A stretch of 64,000 nt of DNA, taken from NCBI GenBank assembly GCA_963847705.1, contig CAWKBC010000032.1, positions 192,001-256,000 of the forward strand, written 5' to 3'. This document shows, one piece after another, positions 29,645 to 39,861 of the stretch (its first letter is position 1; the number at the start of each line of letters is the position of its first letter). The stretch comes from an uncultured Pseudomonadota bacterium. Its GTDB lineage: Bacteria > Myxococcota_A > Polyangia > Fen-1088. The notes under the pieces were generated by a model. The model was not told the DNA's origin, made no database searches, and was given only the letters and a program-made list of their open reading frames with translations. Both the position numbers and the translations under genes were made by a program.

Positions 29645-32600
29645 ATGGCCATCCGCGTCGGTCTCACCCACACCTCCCGCTACCGCTACGACCGCGAGGT
29701 CACGCTGCAGCCCCACGTCGTCCGCCTGCGCCCTGCCCCGCACGGCCGCACGCCGATCCTCGCCTACTCGTTGCGGGTCACGCCCAAGGACCACTTCCTC
29801 AACTGGCAGCAGGATCCCTTCGGCAACTACCAGGCGCGGCTCGTCTTCAACAAGCCGGCGCGCGAGCTGACCGTCGAGGTCGATCTGGTCGCCGAGATGA
29901 TCGCCCTCAACCCCTTCGACTTCTTCGTCGAGGAATACGCGGAGAACTACGGGTTCCGCTACGAGGCCTCGCTGGCCCGGGAGCTGGCGCCCTACAGCAT
30001 GCAGTCGGCGCCCGAGGCGCGATTCGGCAAGCTGATCGAAGAGATCCACGGCAAGTACGCGCGCCCGGGACGCCGCAACATCGACGTGCTGGTCGACATC
30101 AACCGCGACATCTCCCAGCGGCTTCGCTACGACCTGCGGATGGAGCCAGGGGTGTTCGAACCCGAAGAGACGCTGGTTCGAGGCCACGGCTCCTGCCGCG
30201 ACTTCGCCTGGCTGGAGGTCGAGCTCCTGCGCCGCCTCGGCTACGCCGCGCGGTTCGTCTCGGGCTACTCGATCCAGCTCAAGCCGGACGTCAAGCCGCT
30301 CGACGGGGGCCCGGCCGGCGTCTCGGAGGACATCGCCGATCTGCACGCCTGGGTGGAGGTCTATCTGCCCGGCGCCGGCTGGATCGGCCTCGACGCGACC
30401 AGCGGCCTGCTCGCCGGAGAGGGGCACATCCCGCTGGCCGCCACCGCCTGGCCGACCACGGCGGCGGCCATCAGCGGCTCGTTCACCTTCAACGCCAGGA
30501 AGGAGGGTGACAAGGTCGAGGAGACGGCCACGTTCGCCATGCGCGTCCAGCGCGTGGTTGAAACGGCGCGGGTCACCAAGCCCTACCGCGAGGACCAGTG
30601 GGCGGCGATCAACGCCCTCGGCGCGCGGGTCGATCAGGATCTCCAGCGGTACGACGTCCGGCTGACGATGGGCGGCGAGCCGACCTTCGTCTCGATCGAC
30701 GACCGGGACGCGCCCGAATGGAACATCGCCGCGCTCGGCGACGGCAAGCGGCGGTTGGCCGACAAGCTGGCACGGCGGCTGCGCGCGCGGTTCGCGCCGG
30801 GCGGCCTCATGCACCACGGCCAGGGCAAGTGGTATCCGGGCGAGCCGCTCCCCCGCTGGGCTTACGCCATCTACTTCCGGCGCGACGGTGAGCCGGTCTG
30901 GACCGACCCGACGCTGTTCGCCCTGGAGCCGGACCCGAGCCGGCCGACCAGCCCGGCCGACCGGCTGGCCGCGCAGGGGTTCGTCTCGGCGCTCGCCAAT
31001 CGGCTCGGGCTCGGCGAGGAGCTGGCGCAGCCCGCTTACGAGGACGCCTTCTACTATCTGTGGCGCGAGCGCCGACTCCCCGTGAACGTGAACGTGCTGG
31101 AGAGCAAGCTCGAGGATCCGATCGAGCGCGCCCGGCTGGCGCGCGTGTTCGGGGCCGGGCTCGGCGAGGTGGCGGGCTACATCCTGCCGCTGCGCCCCCG
31201 GACCTTCGACGATCTGGTCCTCTGGGAGAGCGGCCGCTGGTCGATGCGCGAAGGGCACCTCTTCCTGCTGCCCGGCGACTCACCGATGGGGTATCGGCTG
31301 CCGCTCGACGGCCTCCCCTGGGAGTCGGAAGGGGACCGCATGCAGATCTTCGCGCGCGATCCGCTGGCGGCCCGACCGCCGCTGGGGACGACCATTCGCC
31401 GCGGGCCCGCACCGAAGCCGGACAAGACGCCCGACAAGACGAAGCAGCCGGTGCCGAGCAACGTGGTCCGCACCGCCCTCTGCGTCGAGCCGCGCGAGGG
31501 GATGTTGCACATCTTCATGCCGCCGGTGGAGCTGCTCGAGGAGTACCTGGCGCTGGTGGCCGCCGTGGAGGACGTCGCCCACACCCGCAAGCAACCGGTG
31601 CGGATCGAAGGCTACCACCCACCTACGGACTACCGACTCGATCGCCTCTCGGTCACGCCCGATCCCGGCGTCATCGAGGTGAACGTCCACCCGACGCGCA
31701 CCTGGAGCGATCTCACCGAGATGACCGAGGCGCTCTACGAAGAGGCGCGCCTCTGTCGCCTCGGCACCGAGAAGTTCATGCTCGACGGGCGCCACACCGG
31801 AACCGGCGGCGGCAACCACATCGTCCTCGGCGGCGCGACGCCCTCGGACAGTCCGTTTCTGCGGCGGCCGGACATGCTGCGCAGCCTGGTCGGCTACTTC
31901 GTCAACCACCCATCGCTCTCTTATCTCTTCTCCGGCATGTTCGTCGGGCCGACCAGCCAGGCGCCGCGCCTCGACGAGGCCCGGCAGGACAACGTCCACG
32001 AGCTGGAGCTGGCGTTCGGCGAGGTGCGCCGCCAAGGGTCGGAGACGCCGACGCCCCCGTGGCTGGTCGATCGCATCTTCCGCAACCTGCTGGTCGACGT
32101 CAGCGGCAACACGCACCGGACCGAGATCTGCATCGACAAGCTCTACAGCCCCGACAGCGCGACCGGCCGCCTGGGTCTCGTCGAGCTGCGTGCGTTCGAG
32201 ATGCCGCCGCACGCGCAGATGAGCCTCACCCAGCAGCTCCTGCTCCGCTCGATGGTGGCCTGGTTCTGGCGCGCCCCCTACCAGCGGAATCCGGTGCGTT
32301 GGGGGACGGGCCTCGTCGATCGTTTCACCCTCCCCCACTTCGTCGAGCAGGACTTCGAAGACGTGCTCGACGATCTGCGCAACGCGGGCTACCCATTTGC
32401 GACCGATTGGTTCCGGGCCCATCGCGACTTCCGCTTCCCGCTCGCCGGCACCATCGCCGCCGACGGCGTGACCCTGGATCTGCGCCAGGCGATCGAGCCC
32501 TGGCACGTGCTCGGCGAGGAGCCTGGTCCCGGCGGGACCGCCCGCTACGTCGACTCGTCGGTCGAACGGCTGGAGGTCAAGACGACCGGGCTGATCGAGG

Positions 32601-32986
32601 GCCGTCACGTGATCGCCTGCAACGGTCGGCGCGTCCCCCTCCACCCGACCGGCTCGCCCGGTGAGGCGGTGGCCGGCGTGCGTTATCGCGCCTGGCAGCC
32701 CCCCTCGGCGCTGCACCCGACCATCGGCGTGCACACGCCCCTGATCTTCGATCTGATCGACAGCTGGACCGGCCGCGCCATCGCGGGCTGCACGTACCAC
32801 GTCGCCCACCCGGGCGGCCTCTCGCACGAGCGGCTGCCGACGAACGCGCTCGAGGCGGAGGGGCGGCGCATCGCCCGTTTCACCCCCTTCGGGCACACGC
32901 CGGGCGCGCAGGAGGCGCCGCCCGAGGAGCACAACCCCGACTTCCCGCTCACGCTCGATCTGCGCCGCCCACCCCCGCCCCGCTGA
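29645..32986 (+). CDS. Transglutaminase-like protein fused to DUF2126 (putative amidoligase)
   Basis: N-terminal 'H.S.YRYDR.V.L.PH.VRLRP'; triad 'GSCRD', 'DLHAW', 'GLDAT'; 'TMGGEPTF', 'HTGTGGGNH', 'VELRAFEMPPH'. Confidence 0.9.
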   Translation: MAIRVGLTHTSRYRYDREVTLQPHVVRLRPAPHGRTPILAYSLRVTPKDHFLNWQQDPFGNYQARLVFNKPARELTVEVDLVAEMIALNPFDFFVEEYAENYGFRYEASLARELAPYSMQSAPEARFGKLIEEIHGKYARPGRRNIDVLVDINRDISQRLRYDLRMEPGVFEPEETLVRGHGSCRDFAWLEVELLRRLGYAARFVSGYSIQLKPDVKPLDGGPAGVSEDIADLHAWVEVYLPGAGWIGLDATSGLLAGEGHIPLAATAWPTTAAAISGSFTFNARKEGDKVEETATFAMRVQRVVETARVTKPYREDQWAAINALGARVDQDLQRYDVRLTMGGEPTFVSIDDRDAPEWNIAALGDGKRRLADKLARRLRARFAPGGLMHHGQGKWYPGEPLPRWAYAIYFRRDGEPVWTDPTLFALEPDPSRPTSPADRLAAQGFVSALANRLGLGEELAQPAYEDAFYYLWRERRLPVNVNVLESKLEDPIERARLARVFGAGLGEVAGYILPLRPRTFDDLVLWESGRWSMREGHLFLLPGDSPMGYRLPLDGLPWESEGDRMQIFARDPLAARPPLGTTIRRGPAPKPDKTPDKTKQPVPSNVVRTALCVEPREGMLHIFMPPVELLEEYLALVAAVEDVAHTRKQPVRIEGYHPPTDYRLDRLSVTPDPGVIEVNVHPTRTWSDLTEMTEALYEEARLCRLGTEKFMLDGRHTGTGGGNHIVLGGATPSDSPFLRRPDMLRSLVGYFVNHPSLSYLFSGMFVGPTSQAPRLDEARQDNVHELELAFGEVRRQGSETPTPPWLVDRIFRNLLVDVSGNTHRTEICIDKLYSPDSATGRLGLVELRAFEMPPHAQMSLTQQLLLRSMVAWFWRAPYQRNPVRWGTGLVDRFTLPHFVEQDFEDVLDDLRNAGYPFATDWFRAHRDFRFPLAGTIAADGVTLDLRQAIEPWHVLGEEPGPGGTARYVDSSVERLEVKTTGLIEGRHVIACNGRRVPLHPTGSPGEAVAGVRYRAWQPPSALHPTIGVHTPLIFDLIDSWTGRAIAGCTYHVAHPGGLSHERLPTNALEAEGRRIARFTPFGHTPGAQEAPPEEHNPDFPLTLDLRRPPPPR

Positions 32987-33146
32987 AGCCGCTCACGCCC
33001 CTCGGCGACGCCGCGCCGCTCCCCCTCCGGGTGGCCGGCAGCCGCGGCTCATTGGGTCCTGGTTCTTGCTTCGTGTAGAATCCAGCCTCAGGTTCTGGCA
33101 GGAAATAATCGATTTTTCAGTAAAAACCCTTGCCTGAGGAGCCCTG

Positions 33147-35876
33147 GTGGCCCGTATCTTCCCTTCACACTCTCTGCGAGTCTCGGTGGCCTCTCTCCTC
33201 GGAGCGGCGCTGGCTTTCGTGGCGCTCTCGGCGCCGGCCAGGGCACAAATTCTCTACGACACCACCGGCTACCCAGCAGGAGGATCGCCGGGTTCGACCG
33301 CAGCCGCCATCGCCACCTTCGACAGTTTGCCCGCGTCGACGACCGGGTACGGTTGCCACACGGTCGCGACCCTCGACGGCGTCAACAACCAGCTCAGCGG
33401 CGGAACGATGTCCAACATCGCGTTCCACGAATCGGCCATCTTCGTGGTGGCGCCGTCGCAGGCGGGTCTCTGGTCGTTCCGCTGGGGCCCCGACTTCGGA
33501 TGGGGCGGAACCCTGCTGCTCGACGGCGTCGAGCTGCAGGCGCGCTGGACCGACATCTGGTGGGGCGGAGCCTTCGTCGATCCCACTCAGTACCTCGCCG
33601 GCAGCGCCAACCTGTCGGCGGGCACGCACATCGTCGAGGTCTTTGGCTTCGAAGACTGCTGCGACGGCGCAGGAAACGCGCAGTTTCTCTCCCCTTTGAG
33701 CTCGACCTGGCAGGACATCTCGGCGGCGAACCTCACGCTGGTCCCCGCCGTCTGCGGCAGCCCGAGCCTTCTGCTGACCGGCAGCGCCTCGCCCAGCCCC
33801 GTGGTCGACGGCAGTCAGCTGACGTTCACGTTCTTCTACGAGAGCACCGGACAGTCGTCGGCGGCCGGCGCGCTGCTCTCGGCCTCGATCCCCGACAACA
33901 CGACCTTCGTCTCGGCGAGCGCGGGGGGCGTTTTCAGCAGCGGAGCGGTCAACTGGAACCTCGGCGCGCTGGGCGTGGGTGCTTCGGGAACTGTGTCGCT
34001 CACGGTTCAGGTCAACGCGCCGCTCCCGGACGGAACGCCGCTGTCCGACGTCGCCACCCTCACCGCGACGGGCGCCACCACGGCGACGGCCACCACGAAC
34101 GTCACGGTCAGCAATTCGGTCCTCACGCTGGAATCGGTCAGCGCGCCCAATCCTGTGATGGCCGGCGCCTCCCTCACGATCAGCCTGGCCTACGCGAACT
34201 CTGGCACCGGCGTGGGCGGGATGGCCACCCTGGTCGATCAGCTTCCCGCCAACACGACCTTCGTCTCGGCCTCGAACGGCGGCACCTACGACGGCACCTC
34301 GAATCAGGTGAGCTGGAACCTCGGGGCGCTGGCGATGGGGACCTCGGGCGGCGTCTCCTACGTCGTTCAGGTCGCGACCCCGTTGGCCGACGGAACGATC
34401 CTCAGTGACCTGGCGACCTTCTCGGCCACCAACAACACCCCGGTCACCGCCACCTCTTCGGCGAAGGTGCTCTACGAGCCTGTGCTGGGCCTGACCGACA
34501 CGCCAGCCCCCAACCCGGTCGCCGCCGGAGGGACGCTCGTCTACACGCTGGCCTTCGCGAACACCGGCTCCGCCGCGGCCTCGGGGGCGACGATCACCTA
34601 CGCCCTTCCGGCGAACGTGACCTTCCAGACCGCCAGCGACATCGGCACGTACAGCACCAGCGCCAACGCGGTGACCTGGAGCCTGGGGTCGATCGCCACC
34701 GGGGCCTCGGGCACCGTGACGGTCACCGTCGTGGTGGCGAGCCCGATCGCCAACGGCACGGTGCTCACCGACGCCGCCTCGTTGTCGACCGGCAACGCGC
34801 CCACCGTGCTGGCCAACGCGACCGTCGCCGTCACCAGCACGGCGGTGCTCTCGTTGACGGAGACGGGTGCGCCCAACCCGGTGGCCGCCGGCACCCAGCT
34901 GGTCTACACGCTCGCCTACGCCAACAACGGCACCGACACGGCGGCCGCGGCGGCGATCGTCGCCGCGGTCCCCAGCAACACCACCTTCGTCTCGGCGACG
35001 AGCGGTGGGACCTACGACAGCGGCGCCAACCAGGTGACGTTCAACCTCGGGGGCGTACCGGCTGGTATCAAGGGGACCGTGGCCTTCACCGTCCAGGTCG
35101 CCGCGCCGCTCGCCAACGCGACCTCGCTGACCGCCTCGTCCACGCTGTCCGCCACCGGCGTCGCCAGCGCACCCGCGATGGCCACCACCTCGGTGGCGAG
35201 CGCGCCGACGCTGTCGCTCACGAACACGGGAGCGCCCAACCCGGTGCTGGCGGGCAACCAGCTGACCTACACCCTGGCGTTCGCCAACCACGGCACCGAC
35301 ACTGCACATGGGGCCACCCTGACGAACCCCTTGCCGATCGGCTCGAGCTTCATCTCGGCCAGCAACGGGGGAAGCTACGACGCTGGCGCCAACACCGTGA
35401 GCTGGAGCCTGGGCGATCTCGCCTCCGGGGCCAGCGGCTCGGTGACCTTGGTCGTGCGGATCGGGAGCAACGCGGTGGTGGGCCTCCTGTCCGACACAGC
35501 CACGCTGGCCGCGACCAACAACGCCACGGCCGTGCCCGCGACATCGATGACGATGGTGAGCTCGCCAGTTCTGCCGGACGCCGGCCCCGACGGGGGAACC
35601 GCCGACGCGGCGACCGGCGGCTCCAGCGGAAGTGGAGCGGGCGCAGGTGGTGCGGCCGGCGGGACGAGCGCCACCGACGCAGGGGGAGCCGCGGGCGGGA
35701 GCGCGCTCGGCACCGGGGGCGGCGGCAGCAAGGGCGCCGCCGGTTCCGGCGGCCAATCGAACGCCTCGTCGGGCTGCGACTGCGCGGTCGGTCAGGCACC
35801 CAGGCCCACCAGCCTCTTCGGACTCGGTGTGGTGGTGGGCCTCCTGCTGGTCGGCCGCCGGAAGCGCCGCCGCTAG
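33147..35876 (+). CDS. Surface protein: CCxG-type N-terminal domain, about 5 DUF11 repeats, MYXO-CTERM tail
   Basis: Signal peptide; 'W.FR.GPDFG.GG', 'DIWWGG', 'FEDCCDG'; repeats 'PNPV.AG..L.YTL.YAN.G...FVSAS.GG'; tail 'SSGCDCAVG'+TM+RRKRRR. Confidence 0.8.
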   Translation: MARIFPSHSLRVSVASLLGAALAFVALSAPARAQILYDTTGYPAGGSPGSTAAAIATFDSLPASTTGYGCHTVATLDGVNNQLSGGTMSNIAFHESAIFVVAPSQAGLWSFRWGPDFGWGGTLLLDGVELQARWTDIWWGGAFVDPTQYLAGSANLSAGTHIVEVFGFEDCCDGAGNAQFLSPLSSTWQDISAANLTLVPAVCGSPSLLLTGSASPSPVVDGSQLTFTFFYESTGQSSAAGALLSASIPDNTTFVSASAGGVFSSGAVNWNLGALGVGASGTVSLTVQVNAPLPDGTPLSDVATLTATGATTATATTNVTVSNSVLTLESVSAPNPVMAGASLTISLAYANSGTGVGGMATLVDQLPANTTFVSASNGGTYDGTSNQVSWNLGALAMGTSGGVSYVVQVATPLADGTILSDLATFSATNNTPVTATSSAKVLYEPVLGLTDTPAPNPVAAGGTLVYTLAFANTGSAAASGATITYALPANVTFQTASDIGTYSTSANAVTWSLGSIATGASGTVTVTVVVASPIANGTVLTDAASLSTGNAPTVLANATVAVTSTAVLSLTETGAPNPVAAGTQLVYTLAYANNGTDTAAAAAIVAAVPSNTTFVSATSGGTYDSGANQVTFNLGGVPAGIKGTVAFTVQVAAPLANATSLTASSTLSATGVASAPAMATTSVASAPTLSLTNTGAPNPVLAGNQLTYTLAFANHGTDTAHGATLTNPLPIGSSFISASNGGSYDAGANTVSWSLGDLASGASGSVTLVVRIGSNAVVGLLSDTATLAATNNATAVPATSMTMVSSPVLPDAGPDGGTADAATGGSSGSGAGAGGAAGGTSATDAGGAAGGSALGTGGGGSKGAAGSGGQSNASSGCDCAVGQAPRPTSLFGLGVVVGLLLVGRRKRRR

Positions 35877-35887
35877 GCGGCGGCGGC

Positions 35888-36343
35888 CTAGGTCTGACCA
35901 AGCCGAAGCTGGGCGAGCTTCTCGACCAACTCGGCGGCCTCGAAGGGCTTGGCGATGACCTCGACGTCGCCGAGCCCGGCCGCCGCGAGCCGCGCGCGGA
36001 TCTCCTCCGGATCGTCGCCCGTCATGAGCAGCATCGGGATCCCCCACAGGCGGGCGCTCCTGCGCATCCAGACCAGGAGATCGATCCCGGTCCAGCGCCC
36101 GCCGAGGTTGTGGTCAGTCAACACCAGCGACGGCTCGTGCCTCGCCAGCAGTTGCTGCGCCTCCTCGACCGAAGAGGTCGCCAAACAGGGCCGGTTGCTG
36201 CCGACCAGCAGGCGGCGCAGCGCGTAGCGCACCAGCTCGTCGTCCTCGACCAGCAGCACGTCCGATCGACGGCCATGCGGGCCGTGCGCGGCATCGGCCG
36301 CGGGCCGCGCCATCACGTCGGAGATCGGCAGCGTTCCCATCAC
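35888..36343 (-). CDS. Single-domain response regulator (CheY-like)
   Basis: 'LLVEDD', 'LTD.NL', 'MTG', 'KPF'. Confidence 0.85.
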   Translation of the reverse strand: MMGTLPISDVMARPAADAAHGPHGRRSDVLLVEDDELVRYALRRLLVGSNRPCLATSSVEEAQQLLARHEPSLVLTDHNLGGRWTGIDLLVWMRRSARLWGIPMLLMTGDDPEEIRARLAAAGLGDVEVIAKPFEAAELVEKLAQLRLGQT

Positions 36344-36389
36344 AGTCCTCCTTCACGGTTTCGATACGGCGGCGCCGCGAAGCGTTGCC

Positions 36390-36692
36390 TCAGTTGCCAT
36401 CGGGACGCGGGTGGTGATGCGCCCGCGCCTCGCGAATCGCCGTCTGGCATCCGGCCGACAGCTCGTCCTTGTGCGCGCGCAGACATTCGCGGAGGCGCCC
36501 CTCCCCCGGCTTGACGTCCTTGCACAGACGCTCGACGTCCTCGTGACAGGCTTCGCGCACCTTCGCGAAGTCGCCCGACCCGCCCCCGCCGGGCGGCGGT
36601 GGCGGAGGGGGCGGTGTGCTCTGTGCAAACGCGAGCGATGAAGTGGCGAGCGCCACACCGAAGAGCGTCGTGCGAATGAACTTCGTCGTCAT
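36390..36692 (-). CDS. Small secreted cysteine-rich repeat protein
   Basis: Signal peptide; 'AC..DV.RLC..V.PG.GRL..CL..H...LS..C'; SD GGAGG. Confidence 0.8.
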   Translation of the reverse strand: MTTKFIRTTLFGVALATSSLAFAQSTPPPPPPPPGGGGSGDFAKVREACHEDVERLCKDVKPGEGRLRECLRAHKDELSAGCQTAIREARAHHHPRPDGN

Positions 36693-36905
36693 GTTGACCT
36701 CCGCCCGGGTGGACCCGGCCCGCCCAGCGAAGTTAGGCCCCGGCGGGCGTCGGCGCCCGCGACCCGGAACGGTGAGCGTCAGCGCCCGCGCGCCAGCGCG
36801 AGCTCGATGATCGGTTTTCGCGAGCCCGTTTCGGTTCGACGAGCAACTGCATATACGATGCACTCACCCTCTGACCGGGCCCCGCTTCGAGGGGCCCGAA
36901 CGCGC

Positions 36906-38336
36906 ATGACCCGACCGATGAGCAAGGCGTTTACCTTTTTTCTGGTTCCTCTGGTGACGGTGGGGGTGGCGCTGACCTGCGCCTTCTTCGACCTGCACCT
37001 GGGCGTCGCCCAGGCCGCCGATCAGAAGGCGATCCTCGCCAAGATCAAGGCGCACTATCAGGCGGCCGCGGGTGCCTACGACGACGGAGAGCTCGACAAG
37101 ACGCAGGGCGAGCTCCAGCAGGCGTTGAAGCTGGCGGACGACAACGGACTCGGAGCTCAGAAGCTGGTCGCCCAGGTCTACGTCCTCTACGGCGTCCTGG
37201 AGGTCGCCGGTCTCGGGGACCAGGGGCAGGGCATCAAGTGCTTCGCCAAGGCGCTGGACATCAGCCCCGCCATTCAGGTCCCACCCACGATGGCCTCCAA
37301 GGCAGTCCTGGCAGCCTTCGACCGGGCCGAGAATCAGGAGAGCGAGACGCCGGAAGCGCCCGCGGCGCAAGCAGCTGCGGACGAGGTCACACCGGCCGCG
37401 CTGACCAAGCCCGCCCCGGCGGGGAAGTCGGAGTCTGCGCCGCGAAGGGATCCCGCGCGAAGCGATCCCGCGCGAAGCGATTCGCGGCGAAGCGATCCCG
37501 CGCGAAGCGATTCGGGGCGAAGCGATTCAGAAAAAGAGAAGCTGGTCGAGGACCTGGCCGCCAGCCAGGCCGGCGAGAAGAGAGAACGCGAAGCGAGCAA
37601 CAAGCTGGCGCACGACAAGTCGGAGAGCGACAAGCAGCTCGCCGAGGCGAAGCGCAGCCTGCTGGAGCTGACCAAGCAGAAGGCCGACACCGACCGGCTG
37701 CTCGCCGCCGCGCGCGACGAGGCCAAGAAGGAGCGCGAGGCCAGGGAGAAGCTCCAACAGCAGAAGGGGGAGAGCGACAAGCAGCTCGCCGAGGCGAAGC
37801 GCAGCTTGCTGGAGCTGACCAAGCAGAAGGCCGACACCGACCGACAGCTCGCCGCCGCGCGCGACGACGCCAAGAAGGAGCGCGAGGCCAAGGAGAAGCT
37901 GGCCGCCGCGCGTCGCGAGGCCGACACCCGCGACGCCGAACGCAAGAACAAGGAGCTCCAGGAGCGAACGGCGCGCGAGAAGCTGGCCGAGGGGCCCGAG
38001 CTGCCGGCGCACATCTCCGAGCAGATCGCCTGCACGGTCCCCGACGAGGTCGCGCCGGGCGCCGACCTCTTCGTCCATTGCGTGCCGCGCGCCGGGCTCG
38101 ACGCCAAGGTGGTTGCGCTCTATTACCGCTCGGGCGGCGCCGTCGTGTACAACGCCAGCACGATGGATCGCTCCAAGAAGGGGTGGTACACGGCGCTGAT
38201 TCCCGGCGGAAAGATCGCGGGGAAGGTGTTGCACTACTACGTCGAGGCGCGCGACGGCCGGCAGGACGTGGTGGGCGCGAACGGGCACGCCAACTCGCCC
38301 AACATTGCCACCATCCGCCCGGGCACGGCGCGGTAG
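36906..38336 (+). CDS. Secreted/membrane protein with TPR-like N-terminus, long coiled coil and C-terminal beta domain
   Basis: Hydrophobic N-terminus; SDPAR repeats; duplicated 49-aa coiled-coil block; C-terminal 'LHYYVEARD'. Confidence 0.65.
   Translation: MTRPMSKAFTFFLVPLVTVGVALTCAFFDLHLGVAQAADQKAILAKIKAHYQAAAGAYDDGELDKTQGELQQALKLADDNGLGAQKLVAQVYVLYGVLEVAGLGDQGQGIKCFAKALDISPAIQVPPTMASKAVLAAFDRAENQESETPEAPAAQAAADEVTPAALTKPAPAGKSESAPRRDPARSDPARSDSRRSDPARSDSGRSDSEKEKLVEDLAASQAGEKREREASNKLAHDKSESDKQLAEAKRSLLELTKQKADTDRLLAAARDEAKKEREAREKLQQQKGESDKQLAEAKRSLLELTKQKADTDRQLAAARDDAKKEREAKEKLAAARREADTRDAERKNKELQERTAREKLAEGPELPAHISEQIACTVPDEVAPGADLFVHCVPRAGLDAKVVALYYRSGGAVVYNASTMDRSKKGWYTALIPGGKIAGKVLHYYVEARDGRQDVVGANGHANSPNIATIRPGTAR
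37445..37910. repeat. 15-bp tandem repeat (about 5 copies) and a near-identical 147-bp tandem duplication
   Basis: GCGAAGCGAT unit recurs every 15 bp over about 37445-37530; GAGAGCGACAAGCAGCTCGCCGAGG occurs at 37623 and 37770. Confidence 0.85.
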
Positions 38337-38349
38337 TCTGCGTCGACCG

Positions 38350-38838
38350 TCAGCCCGCGACGGGCGTGCCGATCATCGTCGTCATCGGAATCTTGTCGGC
38401 GGCGACGCTCACCGCGCTCGGCATCGGCGCCGGGGCCGATCCCTCGGCCAGCTGGAGCCGCTCCTTGACCTCCGTCGTCTCCTTCAGATCCGCCTCCAGC
38501 GAGGCGATCTCCTGGCGGTGCGCCTCGAGCTGCTTCTCCAGCTCGGCGTTCTTCGCGTGAAAGTCGGCGATGCGATCCCGCGTGAACTTCTCCTTGCGGG
38601 TCGCGTCCTCGATGATCTCCGGCAGCCGCACGTTGAGCGACGCCAGCGTGGCGCGCACGACGCGCACGACCAGCTCGACGTTCTGATCGGCCGGCAGCGA
38701 CCGCATCAGATGGATCGTCTCGGCGATCCCGTATTTGAGGGGCTGCCCCGGTTTTGCCGGCAGCGGGGCCGGTGCAGGACCACCAACCTCCGCCGCGACC
38801 TTCTGCTCCCAGTTCTCTTTTTTTGCGAACATGGCCAT
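38350..38838 (-). CDS. Hypothetical coiled-coil protein
   Basis: Host-like codon usage, SD GGAGG; 'YGIAETI.LMRSLP...VELVV.VVR.TL.S'. Confidence 0.7.
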   Translation of the reverse strand: MAMFAKKENWEQKVAAEVGGPAPAPLPAKPGQPLKYGIAETIHLMRSLPADQNVELVVRVVRATLASLNVRLPEIIEDATRKEKFTRDRIADFHAKNAELEKQLEAHRQEIASLEADLKETTEVKERLQLAEGSAPAPMPSAVSVAADKIPMTTMIGTPVAG

Positions 38839-38944
38839 CTTCCGCCTCCCCTCGCCTTTTCGGCAGATTCTGGCAGAGCTTGACCCGGCCCGCAGGCGGG
38901 GCTCCGACCGGCGCGGTCCCGTATGGTAGTTTCCCAGTGATCAC

Positions 38945-39619
38945 ATGAAGATCCTGGTCATCGACGTGGGTGGGACCCACGTCAAAGCGCAAGCCACCGG
39001 ACAGCGTTCGCGGCGCAAGCTCCCGTCCGGGCCCGGGATGACGCCCCATCTGATGGTGCGCGAGGTGGGAGATCTCATCACCGATTGGCAGTACGACGTG
39101 GTGTCGATCGGGGTTCCGACGCGCGTCCTCCGCGGACAGATCGCCGCCGAGCCGGCGAACCTCGGACGCGGGTGGGTCAAGTTCGATTTCGCCCGCGCCT
39201 TCGAACGACCGGTGAAGCTGATCAACGACGCGGCCATGCAGGCCCTCGGCGCGTACCAGGGGGGGCGGATGCTCTTCCTGGGGCTGGGGACGGGCCTCGG
39301 GTCGGCGATGATCGCCGACGGCGTGGTCGTCCCGATGGAGCTGGCCCACCTCCCCTACAAGAAGGATCGAACCTACGAGGACCTGGTCGGGCGGCGCGGC
39401 CTCGAACGCAGCGGCAGGAAGAGATGGCGGCGCGACGTGGCCGACGTCGTCAACCGGTTGGCGATCGCGCTCGAGGCCGAGGATCTGGTCCTCGGCGGCG
39501 GCAACGCCAAGCATCTGAAGAAGCTCCCCAAGGGGGCCCGCCGCTGCACCAACGCCGACGCGATCAAGGGTGGATACCGCCTCTGGACCGAGGGCGGCGG
39601 TCAGGGCCGCAAAGACTGA
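38945..39619 (+). CDS. ROK-family sugar kinase (polyphosphate glucokinase-like)
   Basis: 'IDVGGT.VK', 'NDAAMQALG', 'LGTGLGSA', 'ELAHL', 'LGGGN'. Confidence 0.85.
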   Translation: MKILVIDVGGTHVKAQATGQRSRRKLPSGPGMTPHLMVREVGDLITDWQYDVVSIGVPTRVLRGQIAAEPANLGRGWVKFDFARAFERPVKLINDAAMQALGAYQGGRMLFLGLGTGLGSAMIADGVVVPMELAHLPYKKDRTYEDLVGRRGLERSGRKRWRRDVADVVNRLAIALEAEDLVLGGGNAKHLKKLPKGARRCTNADAIKGGYRLWTEGGGQGRKD

Positions 39620-39861
39620 GCGTCCTCGGGACGGCCAACGGCAAAGGTCGTCGCAAGGATTCCCCACTTTCTGGCCGAGGTAGACGCCGAGCTCGTCGCA
39701 GATGAGCTGGTGGTTGTTGATCGGCTCGCCGCTCTTCTCGTCGACCGAACCATGGTGAAGATCTCGCCTTCGTCGATGTCGTCGTTGCGGCCGGTCGCCT
39801 GCTGGGGTTCGACGGCCGCGCGGACATCGCCCCCAACATATCCGTGTCTATACTTCTCCCC

